The notes under the pieces: model-generated
Databases searched by the model: none
What the model was told of the DNA's origin: nothing
What the model saw: only the letters and a program-made list of their open reading frames with translations
NCBI GenBank assembly: GCA_951406725.2
Contig: OX597815.1
Coordinates: 112,344,001-112,408,000 of the forward strand
Direction: 5' to 3'
From: Octopus vulgaris
Lineage: Eukaryota
DNA: 64,000 bases
Position numbers and translations under genes: made by a program
Part shown: piece after piece, positions 54,641 through 64,000 of the stretch
Position numbering within the stretch: position 1 is the stretch's first letter
How the letters are laid out: each line of letters begins with the position of its first letter

Positions 54641-55489
54641 TTCAAATATATTGTGACGATTTTCATGTTTCATGTTTCAAAACGTTGCTAAATCTTTAAT
54701 CCATTTCTCCTACTATTAGATTTTTAAAAAATTAAAAATTGCATTAACCCAAACTAATATTCTAATCCTTCCCTACATTCTGCTGTCTTTTACTCTATTT
54801 AATATGTAATGATTACCTCACTGAGATCAGTGACATTTATAAATTTTTCACCTGTTTTATATGAAAGAATATAGCCTTCTACTGTGCTTGACATTTTGCT
54901 TGAAAAGCAAAACAAACATAACATCATTCACTATTTGGCTCCGTCATCCTCAACAGAGCAATTCTCTGCTTACTCTTTTTCAAAAGTAGTACATAAGTTA
55001 AATGTGTGGCTGTCCAACTACATTTCTAATCGTCTTAATATAATCGTTGATAAATAGTAAATTTGCTGAACCACTTCTCGACAAGAGACAAGCAATTGAT
55101 GTTATTTTTGTAGAAAAGCAGAAAAGTATCGTAAAATTTGATTTTAATAAATATGAAAATATGTTTAATGCATTTTCTAAATGCATTTTTATTGAAGCAT
55201 CTTGTTACTTAATTTTATGATTTGTAATCTGTTCTATTTCCTTTCCAGTATCATAATTCATTTTATAGCTTGTATTTCACTAAACTTATGAAAATATAAT
55301 TCTGAAGATTGCTCCTTTAAGGAAAATTGGAGATGAAATATTTTATAAATAGGAAATAACAACGTATTGAATAATGTGTAGTTAGCATATTACAGGGATG
55401 AATCGTTTAAATATTCATTTCTCATTTTGGTACAAGACCAGCTATTATTCTGAGGGACAGCGAAATCGATTACATCGATCCCAGTACTC

Positions 55490-56480
55490 TTCTAGTATTT
55501 GATGAGTCGACATATGCGGCTGACAATTTGGTGTTCCTATTGTTCACTAGAGGAATTAATGATAGTCTTAAGTAAAATTCGAAATCATATTAGACAATAT
55601 CTTGATCCAGTGAAACAAAGCGAAAGATTTCCTGTTTGGTTTACTCTAACAGCTGATTAATCATTAACTATGTCTGACATGTTGGTGTTGCTCTAAATCT
55701 TAAATTTTAAAGTAATTGAAAAAAAGAATAGCAGCAGTGAATAACATGCATGAAAAGACAATATGTATAGATATTTTTAAAGATATGAAGAAAGTACTAA
55801 CAATGTACGGTCTGATTTGGAAACATTTTATATGTGCAACAGACGGTGGTTGGAAACAGAAACTATGTATGGTGATGGAAAAGTCTCCATGGATAAGTCT
55901 ATACAATTTGTAACAATAAGTCATGTATAAATCCTATAGTGCATATTTCTGTGATTCGTCAAGAGACAATTTCATATGGAAATTTAAATCTTTGTGTGAT
56001 ATGCGGTATCGTCTATTAGTTTCTACGATAAATATTCGACTGAGTATTTCACGAACACATGTTCCATTAATGAAATTATCAGATCAAATATGGGGCAGGT
56101 CTGAATAATTGAATACTCTGTACAGTCTAGACAGAACGAGTGATAAAGAAAAGAAACAGCAGAATTCACACCTGTACTCGACTGGCCCTTTCTGTATTAC
56201 CTCCAAAATATGGAAGTAAAGTTGAACTAGACGGAATTTGATCTCAAGTAGCAGAATCGAAAACGAATAGAATAAAGCAGCGTATTTTAGCATTATATCC
56301 AACATTCTAAAGATTCTAAGAAATGTGTGTGTTACAACCATTCGTAACAGCAATGAATTGTATTCGATTGCAGACAACTTAGAAGTTGCATATGGGGACA
56401 TGTTCTTGCACACCACTTCACATTGGGTTAGTATGGTAATGATTTTCCGCGGTATTTTCAGCTGAAAAATTCATGGAGGC
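55490..56480 (+). mobile_element. hAT (Charlie/GTF2IRD2-like) transposase fossil
   Basis: LVFDESTYAAD..LLFTRGIND; NMHEKT..DIFKDMKKVL..YGLIWKHFICATDG; YGDMFLHTTSHWVS. Confidence 0.75.
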
Positions 56481-56648
56481 AATCAAGAAAATTTAAGAAA
56501 TTAATTGTCAATTACAAGCCTCTCGTGTGGTTAAGCCTTCCAGCATATTTTGACGTGTTAACGATGTCAGAGATGTCAGTGGATAGGTTGATACATTACA
56601 TTACTGAATGAGATAAAACTCAGTGTATTACGAATTGTGTTTGTTTAG

Positions 56649-58830
<2,182 letters not shown>

Positions 58831-59953
58831 GATTTTGATTCAGAACGCAAACAGTCGGAACAATATAAGTAATTTTGTCCAAGGTTCTAGAGATTCTGCC
58901 AATTCCAGGTCTCAAACTTGAGCGCAAAGATTGATGAATTTTTCAACTGTTAGACTAATTGCCCGTTGAGTACATGGTTTCCCATTTAAGCACCACGGCC
59001 AGAGATTTTAACGTATGATGTTATTCGATGCGCCCCCCGTTTCTTAGACAGATACTGAAATCCATCGACTCCAAAAGAATGAAAGGTTTAATGAATCAAA
59101 ACAAATATGCTAAGCATTTTTCGACTGTCTGACAGCTCGCTGTTTTATTGTCCGTAAATATACAAAACTGCAGTATACGTCATTTACTCCATTATCTTGC
59201 TAATCATCATGATTAACAACGACATTTGCTATAAGGACTATACATTCAGAAAAAGACATATAACAAATAGTAATGCAATTCCATACTATATTATTCTTTG
59301 CATTGGATACCAACAATAAAGCCGCCTGAAATAAAATCTATATTAAAGTCTTTTCTTCGGTTTGCTGCATGCCAGTATAAGAACGTAATTGTCTGACTAA
59401 TGCTATAGCCTAGTAATAATTCTATATCACTAGAGTACGATTATATTAATGTATCTGTATTTGTACGTGTATATGTACGTATATGTGCTTTTCTGCGTGT
59501 ACATACATATATTCGCCGATCTACGCATATATTTCGCCAATATGTATAGATATATTTGTGGCCATTAATACAAGTGTTTAAAAGTATGTATGTTTGTACA
59601 TATAAAACTTTATTTTATATATGAGCGTATGTACAAAGAGAGGTCCAGACCTAGAAGTTCATCACTTTCACAGAATATGCTATGCTTGAATATGCTGCAT
59701 ATACTTGTGTGTGCTTGTGTGTACGTATGTGTTCATTTTTCCATTCATGCATACATATATACAATACCGCTGGTATTGCCTCCATTGAAATTATACATGA
59801 ATACATACGTACATATTCGTGTGTGTATTGACATACAACCACGTGTATTGACATGAGTGTGTATGTGTGTGTGTGTATTTACGTAGTGTATATGATATAT
59901 AGCGTAGTTGATAATCAACATTTTTAACATAATATGCCAGGCCACCACATATA

Positions 59954-61530
59954 TCACCATGCTTTCTTCACTAAATGTCGTCCGAGTGAGAATTGTGTAT
60001 TTACTCTGGAAATATTCACACTGAATAGTCTTAAGATAAACGGCTTGATTTTATGATAGTTAATATCATTTTCAGTACAAAGAGAAATACTTTTTGTTGA
60101 TAATACATTTTGCAAATGTTCTGATATTGCTTCAAGTACTTGTAATAAATCGCCAAAAAACTCCAATGAATGGTATGTTCTCGACTTCATTGCACGCTTA
60201 CTTTTTTTTCTATCTTTTTCAGTGAATTTACTTTCTGCAATAATAATATCCATGGTGCAATACTTCTTGCTGATGCGTTCATTCACAAAATGAAGGGATG
60301 ACTAACATAATGATTTTTGTTTTGTTTTGTTTACAGAGAATAGGATTGTAAGCACGAAATTTATGAAAGAACGACACTTTCTGGCATATTCATTCTTTTG
60401 CCAAATTCACAAATAATAAAAGTATCAAAGCTTTCAAACATCTTTATTGCCTTTCAAAATATTCTCCAAGCTATATTCAACTCTGTCGCTAGAATTTTTA
60501 AGAACCATCCGCAAATTATGTACTGGGTATATACCGTCAGATGTAAAGATATTACAAAATGGTTTTCTCCTCCGGACATTAGAATTTACTAACAAAAACA
60601 TTTTAGGAATATTGTAGCTCCGAACTTTTCCTCCCTTCATTTCAGAAGCTACAAACGATTCATGGAAATGATTGCACGTAAGCTTTTAGGTGAAATTCGT
60701 AATTGCATACATTCTAAGTTAGTCATCCTTCTTTTAATCCACTTCACGGACGAAGTAGACAATGGTAGTATTACACCAAGATTTCCAGGGTTTCAAAAAT
60801 ATTTGTGTTCTGCTTCAAAATGAAAAGATGTAGTACAAGAAACATGTTGTTCTCAGGAATTTTACACGTATGGCTAGTTACATAAAATTTAATAATCTAT
60901 CGTTAAGAGTTAAAGCAGACCATTCCTATCCTCTAAATGCTCCTTCCAATTAATTCGAAGCCATATGAAGAATCTACATACACAAATTCTTGCTTCATAG
61001 CATTATTGTATGAAGCGTGATCAATTATAGCAACCCGCTCCTTCAATGCTCAACCGACAAAGTTGTTAAAGTATATACCTGATGATTTCGTATTAAAACT
61101 ATCTTATCAATAATGTAATACCGAATAGATGAAATAGATGTACTATGATTTAATTTTATTCCAATTGTGGTATCATTCAGCTTAGTGAAGATATCGTTAA
61201 TGTTATTCAGGTATAATTGGTTGGCATTGAGTGTGTAGATATTTCTGTCTACATATAAAGCTCCACTGATATTGCAGGTAGTTACTGGCGGGAAAAATTT
61301 GACAATGTGATCTAGCTTCCACACTTATGATACTTTGATTACTCAAAGCATATTGCGTTAGTGTCTTCGACCACATTTATGGCAATTAATAGATAGATAC
61401 ACATCTGCGTTCAATTGGTGATTGACATTACTTCACAAAACTTCATGTTTCTTCGAATAATACTTACTTAAAGAATTTTTTTGCCAGTGATACTTTAATT
61501 TTAGTAAAGGATCTTCCAATTGAGTTATTG
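59954..61530 (-). mobile_element. hAT (ZNF862/ZMYM1-like) transposase fossil fragments
   Basis: SLEFFGDLLQVLEAISEHLQ; VILPLSTSSVKW..RMT..LRISPKSLRAII resembles the hATC dimerisation motif. Confidence 0.5.
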
Positions 61531-62250
61531 ACATGCTTAATGTATCCTAAATCGGAGAGGCAGTGAATGAAACACAGCAATTTCATTTATACGAACACAT
61601 ACCTAAAAAACAAGAACCACACGGATTCAGTACGTTTTGGATTAATTACTTAAAAACAAATTATTGGCAGTCTACGTTTTGTTCAGGTATTGAATATATA
61701 TATAATTATATCTCTCACCTAAAACAATGTATGAGTGTTCAGTAAGAAGAACACAAGCAAGTCAAGAGAACCTGAAGTAAATGAGCTGCTGCTCTGGAAA
61801 ATGACAAGGTGCAAGCTCACAACGACACACACACTAAAACACTATCCACAGAAAAAAATCCTACAATATTGTTAATTTGATTACATTATTTACATTTTAA
61901 TATGTAGAAAGAAGTCTATTTATTTTGATGGCTGTGCATGTGTAATTTCAGTTCTCAAGTTGTTTTACAAAGCCGATTACAAGTTGCACGCGGAGACGGT
62001 TAGTTAAGCCAGCATTTATAAAATGGTTCAAATATATACACACAAATTAGTTAAACTTTCTATACAATTAATTTATCTATAAATTTAATATTACAGTCAC
62101 TTATAGAATTAACAAATTTATCAACTAATATTATAAGTATTTACTTAAACGAATACTACATAACAAATAAAATTACTACCTATTAGATAATATTTTGTCT
62201 TACAAATCTATTTCACAATGTAAATTATATGTAATACGTTAATACACAAG

Positions 62251-62530
<280 letters not shown>

Positions 62531-62554
62531 ATAACAATAATAATAATAATAATG

Positions 62555-62636
<82 letters not shown>

Positions 62637-62638
<2 letters not shown>

Positions 62639-64000
62639 CTACAGACCAATAACCTGCCTCCCTACTATGTTCAAGGCATTTACTGCAGTGATATCACAAA
62701 GGCTGAACAAGCACCTGGACGAAAACAAACTGTTCCCAGAAGAGCAGAAAGGATGCCGCAAAGGCTCATATGGCTGTAAAGATCAACTAATGATTAATAA
62801 AGCCATAACTGAAGACAGCCACAGAAAGAAGAAAGGCCTCAGTATGGCCTGGATTGACTACAAAAAGGCGTTTGATAGCATCCCCCACACATGGATCCTC
62901 GAAACACTAGCCATTAACAAAGTAGCACCAACAATCATAAAATTCATAGAGCACTCTATGAATAAATGGCAAACAGTCCTACACCTCAAAACAAAAGAGG
63001 GACTCATGAAAACCAAAGACATCCCCAGAGGAATATTCCAGGGAAACACGCTCTCTCCACTCCTTTTCTGCTTGGCACTGTCACCTCTATCTGATATGCT
63101 AAATAGAACTGGATGCGGATATAAATGTTACGGCAAAACGATCAGCCACCTTTTATATATGGATGACCTAAAATCATACGCTGCAAATGACAAACAGCTG
63201 GAAACACTATTAAAGACAGTTCATGGATTTACCAAAGAAATAGATATGAAATTTGGATTAGAAAAATGCGCCAAAGTAACCATGAAAAGAGGAAAACTAG
63301 TTAAGAGTAACAACATCACACTAGATAAAACCAATGAAATAAAAGAATTAGACCAAAGCCAAACTTACAAATACTTAGGAATCCATGAACTAGATAAGAC
63401 ACAACACACACAAATGAAAGAGAAAATAAAAAAAAATATTATAGACGAGTTAGATCAATACTAAAAACAGAGCTCAATGCTAAAAACAAGATAATAGGTA
63501 TTAACACTTTAGCTGTCCCAATTATAAGTTACAGCTACAATATCCTTAACTGGACACGAAATGAACTGTCCAAAATAGATAGGAAAACAAGAAAAATAAT
63601 GACAGGATCTAGGATGCATCACCCAAAATCTGACATAGAAAGACTATATATACAACGTATAGAAGGTGGTAGAGGCCTTATACAGCTGGAAAACTACTAT
63701 AAAATAACCACCATAGGACTGCAAAAATACCTACTTCAGAAGGAAGGAAAACTGATCCAGATAGCAGCAAAACACGAGCAAAACAAAAAACTGTTCTCAG
63801 TATTTAAGGAAGCTGACAAATACAAACAAGAAATCATACCACCTAATAAACACAAAGAAGAAGAAGAAGATGATGAAGAAACAACAAAAGCTATAAAACA
63901 AATGAAATCCAAACTAAAAATAGAACAGCAACGAGCCATGATAAAACGATGGCAAGAAAAGCCCCTTCATGGTAAATACTGCACTAAACTAAACGCAAAA
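62637..64000 (+). mobile_element. Young R4/Dong LINE, 5'-truncated at the RT start, runs off the window
   Basis: NYRPITCLP; EEQKGC..CKDQL; AWIDYKKAFDSIPH; RGIFQG; SHLLYMDDLK; YKYLGI; frameshift near 63435 then MHHPKSDIERLYIQRIEGGRGL. Confidence 0.93.

Noticed and set aside
55716-55913. GTF2IRD2 or ZBED-type domesticated gene
   Set aside because: Fragmented by stops and frameshifts; transposase fossil

Overview
Eukaryotic, AT-rich, microsatellite-dense genomic DNA made up almost entirely of transposon debris. The SINE families and simple-repeat load suggest an octopus or other cephalopod genome (inference). No intact host gene, rRNA, true tRNA gene or CRISPR array is visible. The window holds one near-full-length but inactivated Tx1/L1-clade LINE (15.4-20.5 kb) plus four decayed Tx1 pieces, and about a dozen R4/Dong-clade (RLE) LINE copies that nearly all sit in (AAT)n tracts. 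It also has RTE LINE pieces, a Penelope element (RT + GIY-YIG) abutting a Mag/K02A2.6-like Gypsy remnant, mariner and hAT transposase fossils, and CORE-type and Meta-type tRNA SINEs. Main leads: (1) scattered, badly decayed exon-like islands encoding sushi/CCP- and EGF-like motifs, possibly a fossil multidomain gene that served as the TE landing pad; (2) an apparent (AAT)n-targeted system made of R4/Dong LINEs plus a ~500-bp non-tRNA, non-autonomous passenger, with a LINE-passenger chimera and triplicated 5' junctions; (3) a head-to-head tRNA-like palindrome. All family assignments come from motif recognition by eye, and boundaries are approximate.
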